Part shown: positions 10,287 to 20,483 of the stretch, piece by piece
How the letters are laid out: every line of letters starts with the position of its first letter
How positions within the stretch are numbered: position 1 is the first letter of the stretch
Assembly (NCBI GenBank): GCA_963817385.1
Contig: CAWFOM010000008.1
Span: 32,001-96,000 of the forward strand
Source of the DNA: an uncultured delta proteobacterium
Lineage (GTDB): Bacteria; Desulfobacterota; Syntrophia; Syntrophales; UBA5619
Length of the DNA stretch: 64,000 nucleotides
Reading direction: 5' to 3'
Made by a program: the position numbers and the translations under genes
Notes under the pieces: generated by a model
Told to the model about the DNA's origin: nothing
Databases searched by the model: none
What the model saw: the letters and a program-made list of their open reading frames with translations, nothing else

Positions 10287-10596
10287 ACCGGCGTTCCGGG
10301 GTGGAAGGTCGCCCGCAAACGGCAGGGTATTTTTGAATAAATCAGTCCCGTCCATATCAGCGCCTCTATCAGATTTGTCGCTTCTGTTCAAGACCGGAAA
10401 TGGAACATTCTTCGTTCCTCTTCTCCCGGAGTGTAATCGGCATCCGTAAATCACTGTTCCGGCCGGGCGTTACCAACCGAATTGGGGGGCGGCACCGCAG
10501 GAAAAACCGTTGACAAGCCTCCCTGCGATCCGATAGAAGAACGACGGTATGCGGACAGGCCGCTGCCGCACAAAAATCACGATGGGAGGGGATTTC

Positions 10597-11277
10597 TTGA
10601 CAGGAACCTTGATAAACGCGGGGGCGATCCTCGCCGGAAGCTTGATCGGCCTGGCTGCCGGAAAACACCTTCCGGAGAGGCTCAAAACCACCGCCATGCA
10701 GGGACTCGGTCTCTCGGTGATCCTGATCGGGCTGCAGATGGCCCTCTCCGGAACGGAGCCTTTGACGGCCATCGGCTGTTTACTGGCGGGCGCCGTGACC
10801 GGTGAACTCCTCAGGATCGAGCAAGGCGTGGAGCGCGTCGGCGAATGGCTCAAGACGCGAACCGGTTCGAGTTCCTCAACGTTCGTCCAAGGGTTCGTCT
10901 CCGCATCGATTCTGTATCTCACCGGGGCGATGATGATCGTCGGCTGTATCCAGGACGGCACGATTGGCGACACCCGCACCCTCGCCATCAAATCCCTTCT
11001 CGACGGCGTGGCCTCCGTCGCCCTTGCCTCGACCCTGGGGGCGGGCGTGACGTTCTCCGCCCTTTCGGTCCTCTTGGTCCAGGGCGTCCTCACGCTGCTC
11101 GCCTCGCACCTCTCATTCCTGCGTGAACCGGCTGTCCTGAGCGCAGTGACCGCGACCGGCGGTCTCGTGATCCTGGGAATCGGCATTACCCTCCTGAATC
11201 TCACGCGGATACGCATCGGCAACTTCCTCCCAGCCCTTTTCTATGCCATCGCCGAGGCCGTCTACTTTCCCGGATAA
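10597..11277 (+). CDS. DUF554 (YdfK-like) membrane protein
   Basis: GTLINAGAIL, QGLGL, GFVSAS, GAMMIVG, KSLLDG, NFLPAL; TTG start after GGGAGG. Confidence 0.85.
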   Translation: MTGTLINAGAILAGSLIGLAAGKHLPERLKTTAMQGLGLSVILIGLQMALSGTEPLTAIGCLLAGAVTGELLRIEQGVERVGEWLKTRTGSSSSTFVQGFVSASILYLTGAMMIVGCIQDGTIGDTRTLAIKSLLDGVASVALASTLGAGVTFSALSVLLVQGVLTLLASHLSFLREPAVLSAVTATGGLVILGIGITLLNLTRIRIGNFLPALFYAIAEAVYFPG

Positions 11278-11787
11278 TCAGCACCTATATGAGGCTGGAA
11301 GCCCCTTCGGCGAACACATTGTCAAAGTCATTGGCGCGATGATTTTGTCACAAAACCCTGTGGCGCAATCAGCAGGAAGCCGGAAGGGCGTGACCCGCCA
11401 TAAACCAACAGCCACCTCATAAAAAAAATTTTCGGTACTCGGAACAAATACGCCTTCGGTATAGTGAAAAATATTTCGGGGTACCGATGAAAGAGGGCGA
11501 ACGGGATACGGGAAAAAGAAAACCGCTTTGCGCTTTCCGGGGGAGAAAGCCAGGGTTCAGTTCAAGCCGGGATGATAAAAGCTCTTTTCGAGTATGAGAT
11601 TACAAATATGCAGGAGTTACGTCGATAATAAAGGGTTTCTTTTTCTCGATAATTATGGTAGGGTTACGCTCCATCCGGAGAAAGATTTTTTTAAGCGTCA
11701 CGGCGGGCTTATGCCGCCGCAGATTTTGTCTGGACAGCTTTACGGATCATTCTCTATTTGCAGTCCTTTTGTGAGGCTGTTTTTCCC

Positions 11788-12786
11788 ATGAAAAACCCTG
11801 ATCTTAAATTTGTAACACGCGATGAATTGAAAATCGGCATGTATGTGGTCATACCCCTGGCATGGCACCAGCATCCTTTTTTAAAAAACCATTTTCTCAT
11901 CGAATCTGACGCAGAAATTAGGAAAATCAAAGAACTCGGGGTCAAAGCCATTCAGGTTGATCCTGCGAAAAGCCGGATCGTCGAAACACCCGCTGCGGAA
12001 CAGCGACGCTTCCCCGCTGAAACGGGCAAACACCAGCCTGCGCCGACGGTAATCACGGATGAGCTCATCACCACCATCCAGGACAAGTCATTGCCGCGCG
12101 AGGATAAATCCCGGCTCGTCCGCCAGCACGCCATCGTTATGATGAAAAATCTGCTGGAAAATCCTACCGCGCAAAATATCCAGGAGGCAAAAAAAGGGAT
12201 CACCGAGGTGGTAAACCTAATCCTGACCGACAATGCGATATTACACTACCTCCTCGACATCACCTCCCATGATTTTTACACCTACACCCATTCGGTCAGT
12301 GTGGGTATTCTGGGTATCGCCCTTGCCAAATCATTGTTCAAAAATTCAGACGCTCATGACATGCAGGCATTAGGGGTGGGTTTTTTTTTGCATGACGTCG
12401 GTAAGGTTGGAATTAACCAGGCGATCATCATGAAACCCGGCAAACTGACCGCCCATGAGATGGAGGAGATGCGGCGGCATCCGTTACTGGGATACAAGCT
12501 GCTGCAGGAAACAAATCAGCTTACGGGAGAATCGAAAACGATTGTCCTCCAGCATCACGAGCGAATTGACGGGACGGGATACCCCCGCCGGCTGCGCGGT
12601 GAAAACATCCAGATCTACGGGAGAATCTGCTCCATTGCCGATGTTTACGAATCCATGACCTCGGACCGCCCGTACCGCCAGAAGCTGTTGCCATTCGAAG
12701 CCTTGAAAATCATGCATGAAGAGATGGGTCATCATTTTCAAAAAGACCTTTTTGAGAAATTCGTCTTGCTCTTCAAGGCGCCGTGA
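11788..12786 (+). CDS. HD-GYP cyclic dinucleotide phosphodiesterase with DUF3391-like N-terminus
   Basis: ELKIGMYV N-term; YTYTHS, LHDVGK, HHERIDGTGYP, IADVY, DRPYR. Confidence 0.9.
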   Translation: MKNPDLKFVTRDELKIGMYVVIPLAWHQHPFLKNHFLIESDAEIRKIKELGVKAIQVDPAKSRIVETPAAEQRRFPAETGKHQPAPTVITDELITTIQDKSLPREDKSRLVRQHAIVMMKNLLENPTAQNIQEAKKGITEVVNLILTDNAILHYLLDITSHDFYTYTHSVSVGILGIALAKSLFKNSDAHDMQALGVGFFLHDVGKVGINQAIIMKPGKLTAHEMEEMRRHPLLGYKLLQETNQLTGESKTIVLQHHERIDGTGYPRRLRGENIQIYGRICSIADVYESMTSDRPYRQKLLPFEALKIMHEEMGHHFQKDLFEKFVLLFKAP

Positions 12787-12829
12787 CACCGTAACACTTA
12801 CCCATAATTGCCACGATACACGGGAGGCT

Positions 12830-14521
12830 CTAATCCCGAAGACGACGTTCTCCGAGACGCATCGGGAGAATTACGGCAAGGATACAGAGGAGTACGACGA
12901 GGGTAAACGAAACGACCAGCCATACCCACTGCAGGCCGGAGAGGCTCCGCCTATGGAAGCCTGCCATGAACACGGAATAGACCGGTCCCGCTTCAAGGAT
13001 GATAACCGCCGCGATGAAGCCGACCGCAAGGAGCATGAAAAGGAGCCCCCCGAAGCTGGTAACCGACTGGGACGGGTTTTCTGACTGGAAGTCGGGATAG
13101 GCGGCACCGAGGCCCACCCCCAGGGCAACCACGCCCGGCACCATCAGAAAGACCGTGACAACCGACAGGGCCATCATGAACGGCGTGACCTGAAGGAGAA
13201 TATTGGAGCTCACGATGAGGATCTCCGCAAGGATGAGGAGCGGAAGATAATAGACGGCAAATTTGATCCAGAGAAAGGTCCGAAGCGATATGGGCGCCGC
13301 CCGGACGATCCAGAAGGCATCCCCTTCGAAACTGACCGCCGGATAGACGAATCGGGCGGCAACCGCCGTCAGGACGAAGGCTGCCAGCCCCATGTTCAGG
13401 AAAGAAAAGATATTCTGCAGGTATATCGTCTTCATCGTTGCTTGTCCCAAGGGGAGAACCGAGAAGTTATAAAGATAGATCACGATCAGGGCCGCGATGA
13501 GAAAGAGTTGCGGCCACTGGGTCTGGTCCCGAAAGAAGGTCCGGAACTCCTTGACGGCAAACGCCCCTGCCGGTCCGGAGAGCCTCTCCAATAAGCGGTG
13601 CCTGTTCCCGCTTCGGTCCTCCCGAAGGGGAAACAGCCTTTCCGGCGCGGTCTGCGCCTTCGTGTATCCGACGAAATAAAGGCCCTCCGCCACCCATGTC
13701 GCAACGAAGGCAAGTGCCGCCGCACAACTCCAAGCGAGGGAGAGATGGAAGAAGGTCTCGCCCCTGTTACCCGAAAGCGCCGCATTGAGGCTGTCAAAAG
13801 CCCAGGTGGAGGGAAGCAGCGGGGAGCCGGGTGACCCCATCTCACGCAGATAGAGGACCAGTGTGGCAAACGTCTCCGGATTGACCAGCCTCTCCGGCCG
13901 CATGAGACGGAAAGCGAGGATGAGCACCATGATCAGGAGCAACCCGAAGAACACGAATACCGTCCTGATCCGCCCCGCCGGAAGGAGAACCGCCGCAATG
14001 ACCACCGCCAGTGCGCTGATGGCAGAGGCAATCAGGCACAGCGGGATGAGCGTCATCCCCGCCGTCCAGTAGAAGAACGGTCCCGCCTGGTAGACGATCC
14101 CGTATGAGAGAAAAACGGGCAGGCTGAAAACCATCACCATCCAGGAGCTGTCTGCCGTACTTTCCAGCCAGCGCGCCAGAAAGATCTTCCCTCCCGCCAC
14201 CGGAAGCGAATGGACCAAAAGCAGGTCGCGGCTGAGGTAGAGCTTGGAGAGAGAGGAGACGATGCTGCTGAAAACCAGGAGCGAGAAAAAGGTCAGGAGA
14301 ACCATTGAAAGGAGCTTCCGGGCCAGGACATCGCCGAACTCCTCGATCCCCTGAAAATAGTTTAGAACCCGATAGAAGATAAGGAAAGCGCCGACCCAGA
14401 AGGCAAGACCGATCGCTGCAAAGAGAAGGTACCGGATCCGGCGGTTTCCGGCGGTCCGGGAGTCGCTTCCGTTCTTGAAGGAGAGGAGCCGGGGCCGGAG
14501 CAGGGCAATGAGTTCATTCAT
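12830..14521 (-). CDS. Putative ABC transporter permease (multi-TM exporter type)
   Basis: Roughly a dozen hydrophobic segments, KEFRTFFRD and SFEGDAFW motifs; downstream of ABC ATPase. Confidence 0.75.
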   Translation of the reverse strand: MNELIALLRPRLLSFKNGSDSRTAGNRRIRYLLFAAIGLAFWVGAFLIFYRVLNYFQGIEEFGDVLARKLLSMVLLTFFSLLVFSSIVSSLSKLYLSRDLLLVHSLPVAGGKIFLARWLESTADSSWMVMVFSLPVFLSYGIVYQAGPFFYWTAGMTLIPLCLIASAISALAVVIAAVLLPAGRIRTVFVFFGLLLIMVLILAFRLMRPERLVNPETFATLVLYLREMGSPGSPLLPSTWAFDSLNAALSGNRGETFFHLSLAWSCAAALAFVATWVAEGLYFVGYTKAQTAPERLFPLREDRSGNRHRLLERLSGPAGAFAVKEFRTFFRDQTQWPQLFLIAALIVIYLYNFSVLPLGQATMKTIYLQNIFSFLNMGLAAFVLTAVAARFVYPAVSFEGDAFWIVRAAPISLRTFLWIKFAVYYLPLLILAEILIVSSNILLQVTPFMMALSVVTVFLMVPGVVALGVGLGAAYPDFQSENPSQSVTSFGGLLFMLLAVGFIAAVIILEAGPVYSVFMAGFHRRSLSGLQWVWLVVSFTLVVLLCILAVILPMRLGERRLRD

Positions 14522-14559
14522 GATGATCCCAAACAATGTTTCCAAGGTCTCGAAAAATG

Positions 14560-14686
14560 GGACGACTTCGGAAAAAGCTCGCAGGCAAGGCGCGCGAATC
14601 CCGAGAAGTGAGGCGTACACGGTCGTACGCCGCAACGACGAAGGATGAAGCGCAACGCAGCATCCGGGCTTTTTCCGATGTCGTCC
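14560..14686. repeat. MITE-like element with 19-bp terminal inverted repeats
   Basis: GGACGACTTCGGAAAAAGC ... GCTTTTTCCGATGTCGTCC (1 mismatch); internal hairpin GGCGTAC-ACGGTC-GTACGCC. Confidence 0.75.
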
Positions 14687-14687
14687 T

Positions 14688-15419
14688 TCATGGCGTCTCC
14701 TTCCCGGTCAGCCTCAGGAACACCTCCTCCAGATCTCCCTCCTGGAGACGGGCCGTCCCCCGCAGGTCGCCTGTGGTACCCAGTGCAACCAGCCTCCCCC
14801 GGTGGATGATCCCGATCCGGTCACAGAGGTCTTCGGCGATCTCCAGGGTATGGGTGGACATGAAGATAGTGGTCCCCCGGCGGGCCAGCTCCCGAAGGAG
14901 ATCCTTGACCATCCGGATCCCCGCCGGATCGAGCCCGACCATGGGTTCATCCACGATGATCACACGGGGATCGTGCAGCAGGGCCGAGGCGATCACCAGC
15001 CGCTGTTTCATCCCGTGGGAATAGGCTTCGATCAGCTGATCGGCCCAGTCGTAAAGGGAAAACTGGATCAGGAGTCCCTCGGCCTTCTCCCGAAAGATCC
15101 CGTTGCCGCACCCGTAGAGATCGGCGATAAACCGCAGGAATTCCAGGCCGGTCAGCTTCTCGTAGAGGAAAGGCCTATCCGGAATGAAGCCGATGATTCT
15201 CTTGGCCGCCTCCGGATCCGCCGCCATGGGGATCCCGTCGATCAGGACCGCCCCCTCCGTCGGCCCCAGGACGCCCGCCATCATGCGGATCGTGGTGGTT
15301 TTCCCGGCGCCGTTGGGTCCGATAAAACCGAAGATCTCCCCTTTTGCCACAGAGAGGCTGAGATGGTCTACCGCCAGGGTGCGTCCGTACCGTTTGGTCA
15401 GGTTCGTCAGTTCGATCAT
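14688..15419 (-). CDS. ABC transporter ATP-binding protein
   Basis: GPNGAGKTT Walker A, YSHGMKQR signature, IIVDEP Walker B, STH switch. Confidence 0.93.
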   Translation of the reverse strand: MIELTNLTKRYGRTLAVDHLSLSVAKGEIFGFIGPNGAGKTTTIRMMAGVLGPTEGAVLIDGIPMAADPEAAKRIIGFIPDRPFLYEKLTGLEFLRFIADLYGCGNGIFREKAEGLLIQFSLYDWADQLIEAYSHGMKQRLVIASALLHDPRVIIVDEPMVGLDPAGIRMVKDLLRELARRGTTIFMSTHTLEIAEDLCDRIGIIHRGRLVALGTTGDLRGTARLQEGDLEEVFLRLTGKETP

Positions 15420-16906
15420 CGTTCCATCTCCAGGATATCCAGCTTCACGTTTCCGACGAGCCCCACCAGATCTAGCTGACGGTCGGCCGCACCGCGGATG
15501 AAACGGACGTGCGTCACATCCGCCGGCATCTGTCCCAGTACGGCGTCGGCCGTCACCCAGCCGCCCCGGTCCCGAAGGTAGAGGACATTCCAGGCGTGAT
15601 AAAAGAAACGGCCGCGCAGATACACCAGCCCCGCCTCCACCTCGGCCGGGAGCCCGGCGGCCCGCGCGAGCGCTGCCAGGAGGACGGCGTGCTCGTTGCA
15701 GTCCCCGACCCGATTTTCCAGCGTCTCCAGGGCGTTCGGGACCGAAAGAACGGGCCTCTTCTCCAGATTCTTGTGGACCCAGGCTACCAGTTTTTCCCCC
15801 TTTACCCCGTCCGGATCGGCAGGACTGATGATTTCGGCCAATTTCTGCCGGATCTTCGGGTGATCCGATTGAATGAAGGGGGTGGCATTGAGAAACACCG
15901 AGAGATCTCCGGCGGTGGCACCAGAACCGACGGACGGGTCGAGAGGTGATTCGCGCCGGATCGTCAACACACCATCCCGATAGACCTGACGGCCGCCGTC
16001 GAGAAAGAAAGAGCCCTCCGGAAGACTCTCCAGGCGGATCTTCAGGAGCTTCAGGGCCGCGGCATCCTCGATAGGTATCGGCGAGGGAATGGCGGCGATC
16101 TCCGTCAGATCCGCGCTGACAGCGCCTTCAAGCCCCGCCAGCGCCTCATCCCTCGTGACCTGCTCCAGGGCGATCCCCAGGATCCCCTCTTCCCGGAGTA
16201 CCGAGCCGTCCGGGTCGACCCAGGCAACCTGCTTCATCCCCATGAAATCCACCGACACTTTTCTGGCCCGTCGGCTTTTCCCCATGATCGTCAGGGACTC
16301 TTCCCCGAGGAAGCTTACCCGCGCCGACCTCTGTCCCAGCGAGGCCGGATCGAAAACCGGAAACGTCCTTACTTCCCCCGGCCGGAGCCCCGCCGCCCCT
16401 ACTGACTCCAGAATGCCCCCGCCCAGATAGGTCGGCTCCGGAATGGCGATGACGCTGATCTTTTCCTCGCCCGGTCCACCGACGCGAACGGTTAGCTTCT
16501 TTCCTGCAATAGTTCCCCGGACTGTGAACTTGAAAAGGTTCGAACCAAGATCGAATTGAAAGCTGGAGAGAGTCCGGTCGGGCTTCAGCTCCGCAGCCGT
16601 CCGGAGAGTCAAGGGCTGGACAATCCCCATTGTATTGATCCGCATGAAGATATTCTCGGAAAAGCTGAATCCGTCTTCTGTTTTGGCGTACCTTCGCTCA
16701 GCGTAGCCGATCTTCCGGCCGCCCTGGGTGATATTCATCCAGACGCCTCCGACGGGAACGCCCGCATGAATCGGGGCAAACGTCTCCCCTCCCCCGGAAA
16801 GAAGTTTCTCCGGAATGCCAAGGCGAACAATCAAAAGCACACAGAAGAGGAGAATCGCTCCCCCTCCGGCCGCATACAATTGCCATTTACCGCCCGTGTT
16901 AGTCAT
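15416..16906 (-). CDS. Membrane-anchored transglutaminase-like domain protein
   Basis: N-terminal TM; catalytic triad GDCNEHA / FYHAW / VTADA; 4-nt overlap with ABC ATPase. Confidence 0.85.
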   Translation of the reverse strand: MTNTGGKWQLYAAGGGAILLFCVLLIVRLGIPEKLLSGGGETFAPIHAGVPVGGVWMNITQGGRKIGYAERRYAKTEDGFSFSENIFMRINTMGIVQPLTLRTAAELKPDRTLSSFQFDLGSNLFKFTVRGTIAGKKLTVRVGGPGEEKISVIAIPEPTYLGGGILESVGAAGLRPGEVRTFPVFDPASLGQRSARVSFLGEESLTIMGKSRRARKVSVDFMGMKQVAWVDPDGSVLREEGILGIALEQVTRDEALAGLEGAVSADLTEIAAIPSPIPIEDAAALKLLKIRLESLPEGSFFLDGGRQVYRDGVLTIRRESPLDPSVGSGATAGDLSVFLNATPFIQSDHPKIRQKLAEIISPADPDGVKGEKLVAWVHKNLEKRPVLSVPNALETLENRVGDCNEHAVLLAALARAAGLPAEVEAGLVYLRGRFFYHAWNVLYLRDRGGWVTADAVLGQMPADVTHVRFIRGAADRQLDLVGLVGNVKLDILEMER

Positions 16907-17242
16907 ACTCTGTTATGCCAGTGATCGATGATAAATCGGCGATCCACCTTTGACAATCCCATAACGGGTAACTTTCCTGTCGGGAGGAATCATACAAAAT
17001 TTCCCCGTCCGGTGTAAGTGGTCATTTAGGTTACTGCTCCCTTTATCACCATCACCGACCCTCACCGATCGAAGGAACGGGAGCACGGCGATTATAGGGA
17101 ATGGGATCAGGGGTGTCAATGCCGATGCCGCAGAAAATGCGTCTTGTCAGGGTGGCCGATTTCTGATAGCGTTTCCCGCACAAAGGGATTCTCATCTTCC
17201 GGTGACAACCGTGACGATGATGATCGCGGGAAAGGATATTTT

Positions 17243-18235
17243 GTGGAAGAAGACCGTTCCATACAACAGGCAAAGGAAGTGCTCCGGATCGAAGCGGAAA
17301 GCATCTTCAATCTCATTGAGCGGGTGGGAGAGTCTTTCGCCCGTGCCGTCGAATTGATCTACCACTGCAAGGGCCGGGTCATCATCGCCGGGATCGGCAA
17401 ATCGGGCCTGATCGGGAGAAAGATTGTGGCCACGCTCACCAGCACCGGCACGCAGGCACTCTTCCTCCACCCGGTGGAAGGCCTCCACGGCGATCTGGGG
17501 ATCGTCACGAAGGAGGATGTCCTCCTGGCCATCTCGCACAGCGGGGAGACCACCGAGCTCAACATGATCATCGACAGCATCCGCGACATCGGCGTATCCC
17601 GCATCGCCTTCACGGGAAACCTCACTTCCACCCTGGCCCAGGCCTGCGACGTGGTCATCGACGTGGGCGTGGCAAAGGAGGCCTGTCCCTTCGGCCTCGC
17701 CCCGACGTCGAGCTCCACCGCCGCCCTCGCCATGGGGGACGCCCTGGCCGTTGCCCTGATTCAGCGGAGGAATTTTCAGGAAGAGGACTTCTTCAAATTT
17801 CACCCCGGCGGAAATCTCGGTTCGCGGCTCCGGGCCAAGGTCCGGGACGTCATGATCAGCGGCGCGCAGATCCCTCGCGTCGGGGGCGATGTCTCGGTTC
17901 TGGAGGCGATCCGGGAAATGGATGAAAAGAACAAGGGGTTCGTCCTCGTCACGGACGGCGATGACACCCTCGTCGGCATCCTGACTGACGGCGATATCAG
18001 GCGTCTCGTCCGCACGGGGGGTGATTTCCGGAATGAACGGATCAGTGCCTTCATGACCCGCACCCCCAAGACCATCCGGGAAACCATCTCCGTCGCACGG
18101 GCCGTCGAACAGATGCAGCGCGATGAGATCACGACCCTCGTCGTGACCGATGCGGCCAACCGCCTCAAGGGATACATCCACCTCCACGACATCCTCGGCC
18201 GCGGCGGCACCCTGAAAATCACCCTCTCCGAATAA
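17243..18235 (+). CDS. kdsD: KpsF/GutQ arabinose-5-phosphate isomerase
   Basis: GIGKSG, HPVEGLHGDLG, EACPFGLAPTSS, FHPGG, two CBS domains. Confidence 0.92.
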   Translation: MEEDRSIQQAKEVLRIEAESIFNLIERVGESFARAVELIYHCKGRVIIAGIGKSGLIGRKIVATLTSTGTQALFLHPVEGLHGDLGIVTKEDVLLAISHSGETTELNMIIDSIRDIGVSRIAFTGNLTSTLAQACDVVIDVGVAKEACPFGLAPTSSSTAALAMGDALAVALIQRRNFQEEDFFKFHPGGNLGSRLRAKVRDVMISGAQIPRVGGDVSVLEAIREMDEKNKGFVLVTDGDDTLVGILTDGDIRRLVRTGGDFRNERISAFMTRTPKTIRETISVARAVEQMQRDEITTLVVTDAANRLKGYIHLHDILGRGGTLKITLSE

Positions 18236-18551
18236 GCGTTTCAGAGACCGTCCTTTTTCGGAAGCTTTTCGCCGGAGCCTCTTTGGCTTATTTTCCAGCC
18301 CCATAATCTCCTTGACAAACAAGGCCCGCCTTCATATCCTCCTCTCATGGGAAAACATGTGCACCGTATATTACACAAATAGAGCCGACTGCTTCGCGAA
18401 CTACACACTATAAATTCATCGAAGGATGGGATTTATGAAAGGGTCCCATGACAGCGGGCGTAACGCCATATACGAGTGTGCCGGATTTCTTGAGGGACTT
18501 CGGAAGCGAATAGTTATTGCGATGGGGCTTTTAAACCCAAGGGATTTAATT

Positions 18552-18615
18552 CCCCGTTGCTTGCGACGCATACTTTATGCGTACACAAATACTACCCCGT
18601 TCGCTTGCGACGGGA
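18552..18615. repeat. Two tandem imperfect REP-like palindromes
   Basis: CCCCGTTGCTTGCGACG (18552) and CCCCGTTCGCTTGCGACGGG (18595). Confidence 0.5.
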
Positions 18616-18666
18616 TAGTTTATAGACAAGTGTCCAGCCCTTCTTTTTGTGGCGCGGTGTTCTGAA

Positions 18667-19584
18667 ATGAGAAACTGGATCTTATTCATCGTGGCAGTAT
18701 TCAATATTGTGATGATACCTCAGGGAGTGGAAGGGGAAGAAAAAGAGAAAATAACCCTGGGGATTGCTTGGCCTGTGGCCGCAGAAGGCTGGAAATGGGA
18801 CGGAAAGGAAGAAATTTATGAATCTCGGGCCATCTTCGATTATATTGATGGTGCCGGGGAAGTTTATCTTGCCTATAATTTCAAGAATCTGATTGTTCGC
18901 CAGTTTGCAAAAACCGGATATCCCCACATCATTGTTGAATTGTATGACATGGGCTCCTCGAACGACGCCTATGGAATCTTCTCCTTGGAACGCCAGGACG
19001 AAGAAGCCGGAATCGGTCAAGGGTCGGAGTTAGGGGGAGGGCTCTTGCGATTCTGGAAGGGGAAATTCTTTGTCAGCGTCTATGCGGACGGGGAAAGTCC
19101 GGAAGTGGGACCGGCCATTCTCAGCCTGGGACGGGCAATTGCCGATGCCATCCCGTCGACAGGCCAGGCGCCGAAATTGATCACTGCCCTGCCTGACGGG
19201 AAGACGGGACTTGTGGAAAAGAGCATTCGCTATCTTCACAGCCACATCCTCCTGAACCAGCGGTTTTTCATAGCAACCCGGAACATCCTCAACCTGAATC
19301 CCAATACCGAGGTTATCCTCGCCCAATACCTGCGCGCGGGGAAAAAAGTTCATCTGCTTTTGGTGCGGTATCCGGACGGGAAAGAGGCCGAAGCGGCATT
19401 GCTGAGTTTCAAGCGGGCCTATATGCCCGAGGCCCCCGGAAAGGGCCTGCTCCAAACGGAAGACAAGAAATGGACCGCAGCCAAACGGGTAAATGAATTC
19501 GTCCTGATCGTTTTCGGCGCGTCCGGCCAGCGGGAGGGGGAAGAATTGATCAGGGGAACCGAAAAAAAGATCGGGGAGATATGA
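18667..19584 (+). CDS. Exported protein, DUF6599-like
   Basis: Signal peptide; FDYIDGAGEVYLAY, ELYDMGSSNDAYGIFS, FWKGKFFV. Confidence 0.7.
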   Translation: MRNWILFIVAVFNIVMIPQGVEGEEKEKITLGIAWPVAAEGWKWDGKEEIYESRAIFDYIDGAGEVYLAYNFKNLIVRQFAKTGYPHIIVELYDMGSSNDAYGIFSLERQDEEAGIGQGSELGGGLLRFWKGKFFVSVYADGESPEVGPAILSLGRAIADAIPSTGQAPKLITALPDGKTGLVEKSIRYLHSHILLNQRFFIATRNILNLNPNTEVILAQYLRAGKKVHLLLVRYPDGKEAEAALLSFKRAYMPEAPGKGLLQTEDKKWTAAKRVNEFVLIVFGASGQREGEELIRGTEKKIGEI

Positions 19585-20483
19585 GTATGGCCGAAGAGAA
19601 AGGGATTACCCGCAGAGATTTTCTCCGGGGAACGGCAGGGGTGGCGCTGGCCGCGTCCTTGGCACCGGAGCTTTGGAAAGAGGCGGCATATGCCACCGAG
19701 GCAAAAACCAGGGTCATCCTCATACGCCATCCGGAGGCTGTCTCCGTTGAGGGGAAAATCCAGGGAGAAATCGTGCAATCCATGGTGGATGATGCGCTGA
19801 AAGTCCTTCTTGCGGAAAAGGAACCCCTGCCGGCCTGGCGGCGGCTCTTCAATTCCTCGGATGTGGTGGGGATCAAGAGCAACAGCTGGAGGGATTTGCC
19901 GACGCCGAAAGAGCTGGAAGCCGCCATCCGGCGGCGACTGATGGACTCGGGCGTATCAGAAAAAAATATCAGCATCGATGACCGCGGTGTCCGGAACAAC
20001 CCGATATTCCAGAACTCCACCGCGCTCGTCAACGTGCGGCCCGTACGGACGCATCACTGGGCCGGGATCGGGAGCTGCATCAAAAATTATATCCAGTTCG
20101 TCCCCCGGCCCTCGGAATACCATGAGGATGCCTGCGCGAATCTGGCCAAGATTTGGGATCTGCCGGTCGTAAAGGGAAAAACCCGTCTGAACATTCTTTG
20201 CGCACTCCAACCTCAGTTCTATGGAAGAGGAGCAAGTTTTTTTGACCGTCGCTACGTCTGGCCTTACAAAGGGCTCCTTTTGGGAACCGATCCTGTAGCT
20301 GTGGATGCGGTAGGCGCTCATCTGCTGCAGAAGAAACGAATCGCATATTTCGGCGAAGAGCGTGAACTCGACGTCCTTCCCACGCACATTAACGTTGCTG
20401 ATAAAAAATATCACTTGGGCGTCAGCAATCTGAACCGCATAGAGCTGGTCAGGCTCGGTTGGATGGAAGATGTGCTGATTTGA
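19581..20483 (+). CDS. Tat-exported DUF362 domain protein
   Basis: TRRDFLRG twin-arginine signal; VGIKSN, VNVRPVRTHHWAGIGSCIKN, GTDPVAVDA. Confidence 0.8.
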   Translation: MSMAEEKGITRRDFLRGTAGVALAASLAPELWKEAAYATEAKTRVILIRHPEAVSVEGKIQGEIVQSMVDDALKVLLAEKEPLPAWRRLFNSSDVVGIKSNSWRDLPTPKELEAAIRRRLMDSGVSEKNISIDDRGVRNNPIFQNSTALVNVRPVRTHHWAGIGSCIKNYIQFVPRPSEYHEDACANLAKIWDLPVVKGKTRLNILCALQPQFYGRGASFFDRRYVWPYKGLLLGTDPVAVDAVGAHLLQKKRIAYFGEERELDVLPTHINVADKKYHLGVSNLNRIELVRLGWMEDVLI

